Assembly: GCA_963755715.1 (NCBI GenBank)
Contig: CAVWLW010000061.1
Span: forward strand, 1-64,000
DNA from: an uncultured delta proteobacterium
GTDB lineage: Bacteria > Desulfobacterota > Binatia > UBA9968
Reading direction: 5' to 3'
Length of the DNA stretch: 64,000 bases
Shown one piece after another: positions 52,886 through 62,488 of the stretch; positions within the stretch are counted from its first letter, which is position 1, and every line of letters starts with the position of its first letter. The translations under genes and the position numbers were made by a program. Under the pieces are notes generated by a model. That model searched no databases, had not been told where the DNA came from, and worked only from the letters and a program-made list of their open reading frames with translations.

Positions 52886-55120
52886 ATGAAACGCAAAACC
52901 AGACAGATCGATCCGATCCGCTACGAAATGTATCTCCATCGTCTGTGGGCCATCGGCGAGGAAGGGCGCATGACGCTGCAACGGGTCACCGCCTCGCCGA
53001 TCGTGTCGCAGGGCGGCGAGTGCATGAGCTCCTTTTACGACGAGAAAGGCACCATGGTGCTCGCCTGCTCGGGCCATCTGCGCTTCGCCGCGGCGACCTC
53101 GGACGCGATCAGAGACTTAATGCGTCGTTTTGAAAAATCCCCTGGCTTTTTTGACGGCGACCAGTTTTTCTTCAACGACCCTTACGTCGCCGGCTCGCAC
53201 ACTTACGACATGATGATCGTCAAGCCGATTTTTTATGAAGGCGAGTTGATCGCCTGGACGGCCACGAGCACGCACACCGCGGATACCGGCGGGCTTTTGC
53301 GCGGCGCGGCCCAGGAGATTTTCCATGAGGGCATTTGCGTACCGGGGCTCAAGATCGTCGAGAAAGACGAGTTTCGCGAGGACGTATTTCAAACGTTGAC
53401 CGGCATGTGCCGCGACCCGCAGTACGTCGGCCTCGATCTGAAAGCGATGATCGCCGGCAACAATATCTGCGCCAAGCGCTATCTCGGCTTGGTGGAAAAA
53501 TTCGGTCTCAAATTCGTTCAGCTTGCCGGCGAGAAAATGATCGAAGATTCGGAAGCCAAATCGCGCGCCAAGCTGCGCTCCATGCCCGACGGCACTTGGG
53601 TGACGCGCCAGTACGTCACGACCTTGGATCGAAAGACGCGAAAATCCGTAGCGCAGCAGCTCTACTGCACGATGACGAAAAAGCGCGACGAGCTTCACTT
53701 CGATTTCACCAACACCAGCCCGCAAACCGATACCGATCATAACTCCACCTTGCCGAGCACCGTCGCTCATCTCGCGTTGGCGCTGACCAACACGCTCTTT
53801 TGGGACGTGCCGTGGAGCGACGGCAAGATGCGCCCCGTGAAAGTGCACGTGCCCGAAGGGTCGATTTTGAACTGCAAGTATCCCGCGGCCTGCGGCGCCG
53901 GTCCGCGCATCGGCAACGTGCTCGTTTCCACAGTCTGTGAAGCCGTGGCGAAGATGATCTACGCTTCCGGACGCTACGACGACGTCAATGCGTCGACGAC
54001 GGGCAATTTGGAATTCGTCGGCGGGGCCGGTTACTTTTACGGCGGCCATACGCGCGAGGGCATCGCCGTCGCCCAAGGGCTTTACGATATTCATGGCTCG
54101 GGCATGGGCGCGTCGCCGCACCGCGACGGCGTCAACACCGGCGGCCACATGAATATTCCCTCCGCCGGCATCAGCGATGTCGAGCGCATCGAGATGCAAT
54201 ATCCGTTTCTCTATTTCACGCGCTCGCACAATCCCGACGGCAGCGGCTTCGGCCAGTACCGCGGCGGTTTGGGCAGTCATCGCGTTTATCTCATTTACGG
54301 ATCGAAAGACTGCAGCGTCGACTACAAGCCTTACGGCGGTGTTGCTCAAGGCGGCTTCGGTCTCGCCGGCGGCTACCCGACGGGAAACGGCGCGACGCGG
54401 GTGATCATCGAAGCCGGTCTGGCGATGCTCGATAGAGTCAAAAAAGGCGAGCAGCCCACGGCCGCTGCCATGCGCGAAGGCCGATGGGGCAAATCGACTT
54501 TGCCCGCCGGGGTGCCGGAAAGAATCCCATTGCCCGAAGGAAGCTTGCTCGTCGACTATGTTGCCGGAGGCGGCGGATTCGGCGATCCGATCGATCGCGA
54601 TCCGCAGGCGGTATTGAAAGATTTCGGCCGCGGCTGGGTGAGCCGGCATGTGGCCGAAAACATCTACGGCGTGATCTTACAGGCCAACGGACGCGGCATT
54701 GACGAGGGCGCCACCGAAATCCGCCGTCAGGAAATCCGCGCCGAACGTAAACGGCAGAGCCAATTGCCGCCGGACGGCGCTGAGCGCACAGAAAACGGCT
54801 GGCGCGCTCTGCTCAAGTTTCACGGCGCGCTGGAAATCGCCACCGATGGCAAACGTAAAATGGTGCGCTGCTCGCGCTGCGGTCATCTCTTCTGCGGTGC
54901 GGATGAAAATTACAAACTACACGCCCTTCACCGCGTCACGCATCTGAATGAAGTGATGCCGCCGCTGCCGTCCGGCGATCCGTACATCGGCGAGTATCAC
55001 ATCTATGCTTGCCCCGGCTGCGCCACCCAACTGCAAGTCGACATGTTCAGTCCGAGCTTGGGCGGCGACGCCCTCTTATGGGACACGCGCATCGACGCGG
55101 ACAAAGTGAAAATCCGCTAA
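52886..55120 (+). CDS. Hydantoinase B / acetone carboxylase alpha-like subunit fused to a gamma-subunit-like Zn domain
   Basis: SPIV..GGE, NDPY..G.H..D, H..D.GG, EIFHEG, G.G..RGG.G, GGGG.GDP..RDP; C-terminal CSRCGH..C and CPGC. Confidence 0.92.
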   Translation: MKRKTRQIDPIRYEMYLHRLWAIGEEGRMTLQRVTASPIVSQGGECMSSFYDEKGTMVLACSGHLRFAAATSDAIRDLMRRFEKSPGFFDGDQFFFNDPYVAGSHTYDMMIVKPIFYEGELIAWTATSTHTADTGGLLRGAAQEIFHEGICVPGLKIVEKDEFREDVFQTLTGMCRDPQYVGLDLKAMIAGNNICAKRYLGLVEKFGLKFVQLAGEKMIEDSEAKSRAKLRSMPDGTWVTRQYVTTLDRKTRKSVAQQLYCTMTKKRDELHFDFTNTSPQTDTDHNSTLPSTVAHLALALTNTLFWDVPWSDGKMRPVKVHVPEGSILNCKYPAACGAGPRIGNVLVSTVCEAVAKMIYASGRYDDVNASTTGNLEFVGGAGYFYGGHTREGIAVAQGLYDIHGSGMGASPHRDGVNTGGHMNIPSAGISDVERIEMQYPFLYFTRSHNPDGSGFGQYRGGLGSHRVYLIYGSKDCSVDYKPYGGVAQGGFGLAGGYPTGNGATRVIIEAGLAMLDRVKKGEQPTAAAMREGRWGKSTLPAGVPERIPLPEGSLLVDYVAGGGGFGDPIDRDPQAVLKDFGRGWVSRHVAENIYGVILQANGRGIDEGATEIRRQEIRAERKRQSQLPPDGAERTENGWRALLKFHGALEIATDGKRKMVRCSRCGHLFCGADENYKLHALHRVTHLNEVMPPLPSGDPYIGEYHIYACPGCATQLQVDMFSPSLGGDALLWDTRIDADKVKIR

Positions 55121-55155
55121 AGCCCTTTAAGACATCCAAGAAACGGAGCGAGTCA

Positions 55156-56124
55156 ATGTCTCCAGCGCGAAGATCGATTCTCTTGTCATTGGTCGGATTC
55201 GTCCTATCGGTCCAATCTTTGTCCGCTCAGGAACGCATCACTCTCGGCCTCACGACCCGCACCGGCAGTACTTCTATGCCCTTGGTGATCGCCGAAGAAA
55301 AAGGCTTCTTCAAAGCCGAAGGGCTCAACGGCATTGTCGTCATCATGCAAAATCAGGTCGTCGTCAACGGCGTCGTCACCCGCAACGTCGATTATGGCGG
55401 CACATTCTCCAACTTCATCGGCGCGGCCCTCTCCGGCTTGCCGGTGCGCATCGTCATGTCGGCCATGGACGGCTCGGATCATTATTTGGTCACCAGCCCG
55501 AACGTGAAACGAGTGGAAGATCTCAAAGGCAAGACGTTCGGTATCAGCAGCTTCGGCGGCACGCCGCATAGCGAAGCGATCATGATCTTGCGCAAGTTCG
55601 GCATGAATCCCGAAAAGGACGTGACTTTTCTGCAGATCGGCGGCAGCTCGAGCCGCTATACCGCGCTGGAAAGCGGCTCGATCCAGGCCGCCATGCTGGT
55701 GCCGCCGTTTAACAACTTCGCCGTCAAGCACGGCTTTCATCAACTTTTATCGTTCAACGAAGTGATGAATATCCCGCTCGGCGGGCTCGCGGTGCACACG
55801 CAGAAGATGAAAGAGAAACCGGACGAGATCGTCAAGACGATCAAAGCGGTGCTCAAGGCGACGGATTATATTCGCACGCGCAAGCCGGACATCTTGTCAT
55901 TCATTGAAGTCAAATGGGGCATCAAAGAAGCCGACATTCGCGAGAGCATCTATCGAGACATGGTCGGTCTATTCAGCCGCGACGGCGTCGCTTCCGATGA
56001 CACGATGAAGAACGTCGTCCAGTTGGTGCGCGATACGAGAAAATCGAAGGATGATAAAACGATGGCCGATATCTTCGACTGGAGCTTTGCCAAAAAAGCT
56101 CAGGCGGAACTGAAGCTGCGCTAA
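55156..56124 (+). CDS. ABC SBP, NMT1/THI5-like
   Basis: AEEKGFFKAEGL, EDLKGK..GISSFG, DWSFAKKA. Confidence 0.9.
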   Translation: MSPARRSILLSLVGFVLSVQSLSAQERITLGLTTRTGSTSMPLVIAEEKGFFKAEGLNGIVVIMQNQVVVNGVVTRNVDYGGTFSNFIGAALSGLPVRIVMSAMDGSDHYLVTSPNVKRVEDLKGKTFGISSFGGTPHSEAIMILRKFGMNPEKDVTFLQIGGSSSRYTALESGSIQAAMLVPPFNNFAVKHGFHQLLSFNEVMNIPLGGLAVHTQKMKEKPDEIVKTIKAVLKATDYIRTRKPDILSFIEVKWGIKEADIRESIYRDMVGLFSRDGVASDDTMKNVVQLVRDTRKSKDDKTMADIFDWSFAKKAQAELKLR

Positions 56125-56196
56125 GTGCGCCGTGCTCGTGTGTCGTGATCGTGCTCGGATTTTGTCCGCTGAACGAACACGAGTCACGAACACGGA

Positions 56197-57174
56197 TCAC
56201 GATCCGAGCTTCTTGAAGAACCCTTCTTTGTCCAACTCGTCCATCAACGACTGATCGAGGAATTCCTCCGGTTTGCGGTTTTTGAAATCGGGATTTTGCT
56301 CGGCGTAAAAGTTGATCGTATCCCGGACGCCGTCCAGGTTTACGCGCGGCGGAAAAGAAAAGCGGGGCGCGAAATATTCGTAGGTCGTGCGCACGGTTTC
56401 CGGATCGTCGATACGCATGCGATTGGCAAAGACTTTCATCGTCCGAACCCTGTCGGTTTTGATGACGTGGATCGCTTCGGCGTAGCCGCGCAGGAAGCGC
56501 TTCACGCGATCACGATTCTCCTTGAGCGAGCTGCCTTTCACGTACAGCGAAGACTGGGTGAAGTTGGCGCTCATATCGCCCATATCCGCGAGGATGCGGT
56601 AGCCGGCCTTGGCGACGATGGTTAAATGTGGCGGCGAAAGAATCGTCGCATCGATGCGTCCCGACATCAGCGCGCCCATCCGAGTTGGCGCATCGCCGCC
56701 GATGATTACCTGGACATCCGACAGCTTCATGCCCCACTCTTTCAGCGCCAATTGCAACGCGAGATCGTTGGAGCCGCCGTAGTTGAGGATGTTTACTCGC
56801 TTGCCGCGAAGCTCCTTGGGATTGCGGATTTCAGGTTTAACGACAAAAGCATAGGGAAACTTATTATAGGATGCCGCTAGGACCTTCAAATCGGATCCCC
56901 TAACTGCGGCCGCCAGCGGTCCGGTAGCCGAGCCTGTGGCGAAATGAGTGCTGTTTCCCAACAAAGCAGCGACAGATCGCGCCGCTCCGGTAATCATGAC
57001 GATTTCCACGTCCAGGCCGTGCTTTTCGAAGATGCGCAAATCCCTGCCGATCCAGGTGGCGCTTTGAAAACCGGCGTGGCCGCCATAATCGGCGATGAGC
57101 TTCTCGGCCGCGAAAGCACTGGAATTCATCCGGCCCAAAAACATCAGCAAAAAAAGCCCGCGTGTCAATTTCAT
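56197..57174 (-). CDS. ABC SBP, NMT1/THI5-like
   Basis: IFEKHGLDVE, ELRGK, PEEFLDQS..DEL.KEGFF. Confidence 0.9.
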   Translation of the reverse strand: MKLTRGLFLLMFLGRMNSSAFAAEKLIADYGGHAGFQSATWIGRDLRIFEKHGLDVEIVMITGAARSVAALLGNSTHFATGSATGPLAAAVRGSDLKVLAASYNKFPYAFVVKPEIRNPKELRGKRVNILNYGGSNDLALQLALKEWGMKLSDVQVIIGGDAPTRMGALMSGRIDATILSPPHLTIVAKAGYRILADMGDMSANFTQSSLYVKGSSLKENRDRVKRFLRGYAEAIHVIKTDRVRTMKVFANRMRIDDPETVRTTYEYFAPRFSFPPRVNLDGVRDTINFYAEQNPDFKNRKPEEFLDQSLMDELDKEGFFKKLGS

Positions 57175-57262
57175 TAAAACTCCCAATTTCGTTTGGCAAA
57201 CCATGATGGCCCGAAAGACAACGAGCTTCTGGAGCTGTCGCGGACACGTTGCCGAATTGTCT

Positions 57263-57370
57263 TCACCACATGGTACGCACCGGATATTGGTTAACTAGGT
57301 CGTCCGGAGTCAAGATCACAAGATGGTGAACAATCGCCTGGACAGACCAACCTCCTAAAAGAAACCTCAT
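57263..57370 (-). pseudogene. VapC/PIN toxin remnant with a large internal deletion
   Basis: ATGA overlap with the antitoxin stop; reads MRFLL...QAIVHHLVILTPDDLVNQYPVRTMW* (35 aa). Confidence 0.8.
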
Positions 57371-57612
57371 GGCTCTTCGCCATAGAAGGATTCGAGGATA
57401 TCTGCAGGAAGAGGTTTAAAAAACTTTCGCGACAGCTTGAACTTTCCTTTGGCTAAACCCACGGGACGTTTGGCCGTTCGCGGTTTCGCGATCGGACGAA
57501 TTTCCGCGATCGGGATATTTCGCTTACACAAAATGATGGACTCGCCTCTGGCGAGTCTTTCAAGGTAACGCGAAAGATGCGTTTTAGCTTCATGAACATT
57601 AAGTTTAATCAT
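57367..57612 (-). CDS. Phd/YefM family antitoxin
   Basis: LNVHEAKTHLSRYLE....GE...LCKRN.PIA; R..G...G....F..PLP. Confidence 0.9.
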   Translation of the reverse strand: MIKLNVHEAKTHLSRYLERLARGESIILCKRNIPIAEIRPIAKPRTAKRPVGLAKGKFKLSRKFFKPLPADILESFYGEEP

Positions 57613-57800
57613 GGTTTTCGAATAGCCTAAGAAGCGAACTAAGGCAAGATTCGCCGGGCACGCGTGTCCGCTCTTAATCAAATTCAGCACGAAATTTAGA
57701 GCGGAAATCCGCGAGCAGGCGATACTGATCGGTCAGAGCACGCCGGTCACGAGAACACCTACCGTGAGGCAACGACCGTTGAGCAAAACACCGTTGAAAT

Positions 57801-58769
57801 TCATCTCATCGCCTCGTCGACGAAACTATTATCGAAAGTTTGTTTGATATCAGCCTGCTTGGCCTTGGGGTGGTCGACAAATTTCAAGGCATTCGCCATC
57901 GCCTTCTCGATCACTCGGAGCGAGCTGGGAAAAGCGTCGCGGTAATATTCGAAGCTGCCTTGTAACGACGCGTCATCGTCCACTCGAGTAAAGCGCCGCA
58001 GCGCGCGCTTGGTCACCGCCGCGTTGTCCCGGGCGAACTGTTGCCCTTCACTGAGCGCGCGTAAAAAATCCACCGCGACCTTGTGATTCCTGGCGTCCTT
58101 GAGCCAGGCCTCCCGCGCCGCGATGACCGCGGTCGGAAACAGGCCGTATTCGGTCTGCGAAGGTCGAAAAAGCAGATTGAAGCCGGCGTTCTTAGCGTTG
58201 AGACCGAAGGGATATCCGATCATGCACACGTCCACCCGACCGCCCGCCAGCGCGGCGTAGGATTCACCGACGCCGCCGTTCTGAATAAACACGACCTCGT
58301 TGGGCTTGACGCCGCCCGACTCCAACATCGACAGCGCCGAGAAATAGCTCGATGCGCCGAAGCGCGTGACCCCGATTCGCTTCCCTCTGACATCGGCGAT
58401 GGACTTGATCTCGGGCCTTGACCAACCGTCGATGGTGAGAACGGGCAACGGCGATGCGATCGCGATCAAGTCGCTGCCGCTCAGGCGACTCGAGATGACC
58501 GCGCCGCCACCGGTGTAACCGATGGGGAATTCCCCGGCGAGAATCGCCGCATTGATCAGCGGCGAGCCGCCCATGAAGACCGGAAAAACCTCGTAGCCGT
58601 ATTTTTGAAAAATTTTTTCTTCCACGGCGATGAAGAGCGGCAGCGACGCGCCGGCGATCGGCGTGTAACCGACGGTCAGTTTTTGCAGCTCCTTCTGAGC
58701 AGCTTGCGCCGGACAACTAAGCGCCAAAAGCAGAGCGCTCAATGCAATGCAAAAATAATTTTTCTTCAT
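57801..58769 (-). CDS. ABC SBP, NMT1/THI5-like
   Basis: IFQKYG, DVRGKRIGVTRFG, FDNSFV. Confidence 0.9.
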   Translation of the reverse strand: MKKNYFCIALSALLLALSCPAQAAQKELQKLTVGYTPIAGASLPLFIAVEEKIFQKYGYEVFPVFMGGSPLINAAILAGEFPIGYTGGGAVISSRLSGSDLIAIASPLPVLTIDGWSRPEIKSIADVRGKRIGVTRFGASSYFSALSMLESGGVKPNEVVFIQNGGVGESYAALAGGRVDVCMIGYPFGLNAKNAGFNLLFRPSQTEYGLFPTAVIAAREAWLKDARNHKVAVDFLRALSEGQQFARDNAAVTKRALRRFTRVDDDASLQGSFEYYRDAFPSSLRVIEKAMANALKFVDHPKAKQADIKQTFDNSFVDEAMR

Positions 58770-58829
58770 CGCTTTCCTCTCAACCCTTTCGCCGGGAGTT
58801 GGTCCTGAGCAAAATCAAAGAACCATACC

Positions 58830-58916
58830 TTACCGAATCACCTTGTCCGCCCGCACGAGAAGGTTCTGCGGAATCGTCAGACCGATCTGCTTCGCCGACA
58901 CCAGCTTTCTTGATTG
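58830..58916 (-). pseudogene. ABC_sub_bind-type SBP remnant A
   Basis: (I)KKAGV joined directly to AKQIGLTIPQNLLVRADKVIR*. Confidence 0.85.
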
Positions 58917-59011
58917 CACACATCATTCGTTATGTATCACGCGGGCGGTAGTGGAGAAAAGTGAGATTTGCGGAGGAAGGATTCGTCGGGAGAAGACCAG
59001 ATTCAGCCTGA

Positions 59012-59081
59012 GATTGAACTGAACGCCGCCTTCAATCTGATCTCAGATCAGGATTGAGTTGACGGAGAATTCAGTTCAATC
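59012..59081. repeat. 70-bp imperfect palindrome, copy 1
   Basis: GATTGAACTGAA ... GGAGAATTCAGTTCAATC, perfect 12-bp inverted ends. Confidence 0.85.
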
Positions 59082-59105
59082 CTAGCATCGCCGCTTGGTC
59101 TAATA

Positions 59106-59126
59106 TTACTTGATCACCTTGTCGGC
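59106..59126 (-). pseudogene. ABC_sub_bind-type SBP remnant B
   Basis: Only ADKVIK* remains, fused to the conserved upstream block atgtatcacgcgggcg. Confidence 0.75.
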
Positions 59127-59222
59127 ATGTATCACGCGGGCGATAACGATAGTAGAGAAAAGTGAGATTTACGACCGAACGCGACAGGTATTTGTGGAGC
59201 GGGAAGACCAGATTCAGCCCGA

Positions 59223-59290
59223 GATCGAACCGATCGGAGCGTCGATGCAATACCGCGGCAGATCAGATCGTAGGAGAATTCAACTCAATC
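59223..59290. repeat. Palindromic element, copy 2 (68 bp, degenerate)
   Basis: GATCGAACCGATC ... GGAGAATTCAACTCAATC. Confidence 0.7.
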
Positions 59291-59766
59291 TGCGAGCCCC
59301 GGCTTTTGTCAAGTTTGTCAACGACATCGGGCGCGACAGGCGAGACCTGGTAGAAGAGCTTCCATCTAAAGCTACTTCATTACAAGACATGACGACTTTG
59401 CTCGGCATCATCTTTGCGGCAAAGGTTGATCCACTATTCGTGATTAGAAGAGTGACTTTGATGGAATCTTTTAGAAAGAAAAATGACGGTCTAGGTAGCA
59501 ATCGGCTGATCCAGAAGCAAATAGGGAGAGAAGTTTCGAGAAATGAGATGCATATAGAACCTGCAGCCATACGGTCAGAAGAAAATCTCAAGGCGAGGAT
59601 CTGCGATCTGCAGCCCAATATTAACCAAGGAAGAGAAAGAAATCTTTAGGGTTAGACAAACAGCGCGGCACTCCAATCGACGGCGTAAAGTTCGGGTGTA
59701 CTTCCCATGAACACACTCAAACGCACCGATAACGGACAATGAAACTAGTAATAACTGGATTCACCG

Positions 59767-59949
59767 ATGATCAAGCGACCAGAATGGCCTCTTCTGAGAC
59801 TGAGATGTGTATGTGGCCACCTAAATTGTCCGGACTGTCGAGAAGTATCTTTTTCTATCTTGGCATGTTGTAAATGCCGAGCCAGAGCCATTGAGCGCCT
59901 GAAAGAACTCCAGAAGCATCAAAAGACAACTGGTAAAGACACCGGGTGA
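59767..59949 (+). CDS. Possible small Cys-rich protein
   Basis: ATG start; CVC-x4-CPDC-x9-CCKC; weak RBS. Confidence 0.3.
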   Translation: MIKRPEWPLLRLRCVCGHLNCPDCREVSFSILACCKCRARAIERLKELQKHQKTTGKDTG

Positions 59950-60047
59950 GTCATCATCCTTCTTCAGCGTATTCGATGACAGAGTGACACAACATGAATG
60001 TGAGGGAGGATTCAATTCATCCTAAGTCGCAGATTGTTTTTGCGGCA

Positions 60048-60251
60048 TCAGCGAATCACCTTGTCGGCCCTTGCCAGCACGTTGGGCGGAATCGTGAGGC
60101 CGATTTGCTTCGCGGTTTTGAGATTGATGACGAACTCAACCGATAGATACCCTATTCGCGGGACCTTCTTCGGCTGCTGCGCCTGGGCTATGACTGCAAC
60201 AGCAAGCAGTATCACTATAGACAGGATTGATAAGACTTCAGCTTTCCTCAT
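60048..60251 (-). pseudogene. ABC_sub_bind-type SBP remnant C (in-frame mini-gene)
   Basis: Signal peptide + AQQPKKVPRIGYLS fused to EFVINLKTAKQIGLTIPPNVLARADKVIR*. Confidence 0.9.
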
Positions 60252-60657
60252 TGCACACAGTATTCGTTATGTATCACGCAGACGGTGGCGGTAGTAGAGA
60301 AAAGTGAGATTTACGACGGAACGATAGATATTCGTTGAGTGGGAGGACCAGATTTTTAGCCTGCGATTGAACTGAACGACGCCTCTATACAATCTCATGC
60401 AATGGCTCCAATATGTGCTCGGTCTTTGCGATGACTGAAACGAAAATTGGAGGGATGAACTTTTCCTTTAACAGTTCCAACTACCTTCAGCAGGCTCAGT
60501 AAAACTTGGCTTTATCGCATAGTACATTTTCGCTCATTCCTGGTTAGAGTTGGTCCTCTGAAATCCAGACATTGTCCAAGGTTTCCTTATGCATGAATGA
60601 ATCAGCTCGCGGTATGCACCTTGCTTGGTTTTAGGAGGATCGAGTGAGAAAGGGAGC

Positions 60658-61557
60658 ATGAATATGAGCCGTACCATCGCTCTTGCGATTTTTTTGACGG
60701 TAGCTCCGGTTTTTTTCGTCCAGGCCCAGACGGATCCGGGGCCGGTTGGGGGTGGGCAGACCCAGGAATTGGTGGATCAGTTGAAGGAATTGATCCGCGG
60801 AGCGGAGCAGGATCGGCGATCAAATCCCGCGATAACTAAGCAGCTCCGCGATCTGGTGCGCCGTTACGATTGGCCGTGGAGAGTTTCGCTTCTCTACGAT
60901 GATTTTCGTGATGGAGATTATGCGTATGATCCTCGATGGTTTGTAAAACATGGTGAGTTTCGGGTCGTAAGAGGAGCGGGGCTCAGATCTTATTTCGATC
61001 CATCTACGTCGGGAATGTACCGCACATCCGACCGCAGGAGCGACAGCCCGGCATTGGAGTTATTGGGTGAGTTATTGCTGGGCGCCAGAGAACGGGCAGT
61101 CGGCGAGACACAAAGCAGTTCGACATCCGAAGCTGAGATATTTACGCGGGTCGGGATTACCAAAGCGTTTGCGCTCAAGCTTCAGCTGAACATAAAGAAT
61201 TACGTAGACCGGAAGTCGCGGCTGGAATTCGGTCCGTTCCAAGGCGAAGACCGCAACTCAGGATATCGGCTCGCCTATGAGTCTGGAAGGACTCCGTCTT
61301 TATCGTTGTTGCGTTTCGGGCCAAACCGTTCGGCGGTCATCGAAATGGTCGACCAGGGAATAGTAGTGGACGACGGAGTGCCACACACGCTTGAGTGGCG
61401 CCGCAACAATGACGGTGAAATGGTCGTGCTGTTAGATAACAAGGAAATCATGCGGACTGTTGACCGCGCTCACGACGATCCCTTTGACGGTTTCGCTGTT
61501 ATCAATAAAGGCGGAGAATTCGAGTTAAAGCAAGTTTCCATCTTAGGCACACAGTAA
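60658..61557 (+). CDS. Secreted hypothetical protein, beta-rich C-terminal domain
   Basis: RBS agggag; signal peptide; DDF.DG..W...G.F and H....R...G....LD patterns suggest a concanavalin/LamG-like fold (inference). Confidence 0.7.
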   Translation: MNMSRTIALAIFLTVAPVFFVQAQTDPGPVGGGQTQELVDQLKELIRGAEQDRRSNPAITKQLRDLVRRYDWPWRVSLLYDDFRDGDYAYDPRWFVKHGEFRVVRGAGLRSYFDPSTSGMYRTSDRRSDSPALELLGELLLGARERAVGETQSSSTSEAEIFTRVGITKAFALKLQLNIKNYVDRKSRLEFGPFQGEDRNSGYRLAYESGRTPSLSLLRFGPNRSAVIEMVDQGIVVDDGVPHTLEWRRNNDGEMVVLLDNKEIMRTVDRAHDDPFDGFAVINKGGEFELKQVSILGTQ

Positions 61558-61676
61558 TCGCGAAACGTCGCCGGGATTGTTATCCGACTGCCTCGACCAC
61601 GTCTTATGAAGCCGGTTTCACCGGGTGTTGCTCAGAATTCTTCCTAATCACCCGCCGGCTAGGAAAGGAAAAATCG

Positions 61677-62264
61677 ATGTTTCAGCAATACCGTAGCATG
61701 CTGCCTTATCGGAGCCTTCTGGCTCTCATGGTCCTAATCGGTTGCGCACCCGAAATTACGACTCCAAAATACACAACAGAGCCGAATTGGACGGCCGAAA
61801 ATCCACTTGCGTCTAGAGGCGCATCAGAAGGGTCATCCCGAATCGTATCGCGAGCTGCCATTTCTTCTAGCCTCGACGCTCTGCAAAAAGGAGAAAGCAC
61901 GGCGACACCGGCATCGAGTCCCCTTAAAGACATTCATTTTGAATTTGACCGATACGAGCTACGGGCGGATGCGCGCGAGGCTCTCGACGCGAATGCGAAG
62001 TGGCTCAAGGAACATCCGTCGGTTCGAGTGGAGATCGAGGGACACTGCGATGAGCGCGGTACCAACGAGTACAATATGGGATTGGGCGCGAAGCGAGCAC
62101 AGGCAGCCAGGGATTATCTAGTGTCGCTAGAAATTTCGGCTCAACGATTGTCCACAGTAAGTTACGGCGAGGAAATTCCCGTATGTACGGAACACGCGGA
62201 ATCATGCTGGGAGAAGAATCGCCGCGACCGCTTTGTCATTGCCGCTGCGGCACCGACGTTGTAA
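61677..62264 (+). CDS. pal: Peptidoglycan-associated lipoprotein (OmpA family)
   Basis: Lipobox LIGC; DIHFEFD, IEGHCDERGTNEYN.GLG.KRA, SYGEE.P, NRR. Confidence 0.9.
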   Translation: MFQQYRSMLPYRSLLALMVLIGCAPEITTPKYTTEPNWTAENPLASRGASEGSSRIVSRAAISSSLDALQKGESTATPASSPLKDIHFEFDRYELRADAREALDANAKWLKEHPSVRVEIEGHCDERGTNEYNMGLGAKRAQAARDYLVSLEISAQRLSTVSYGEEIPVCTEHAESCWEKNRRDRFVIAAAAPTL

Positions 62265-62488
62265 TACATTCACCGATGCCAACAAGTCCATTAACTACGG
62301 AGGAAAGGCGACAGGCCGTTCCAGGGACAATGCGATAGACTAGCGGTGGCGTCACGGACACGATCCGCCACAGAATTCCGTGAGGTCTGATTCAATAGCT
62401 CTTTTTAGCGGCCAACCGATAAATCAAATTTTGACGATTGGCAAGGAATAATTAAACCAGACCCACAGACTCCCCGCTCATCCAATGA

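Noticed and set aside
53117-54649. 510-aa antisense ORF and similar long shadow ORFs (15404, 41473, 47034, 48663)
   Set aside because: They lie opposite well-supported genes; expected from GC-rich codon bias; no motifs
59110-59649. 179-aa ORF
   Set aside because: The 5' half reads through the repeat leader and palindrome; the rest may be a gene fragment but cannot be assigned
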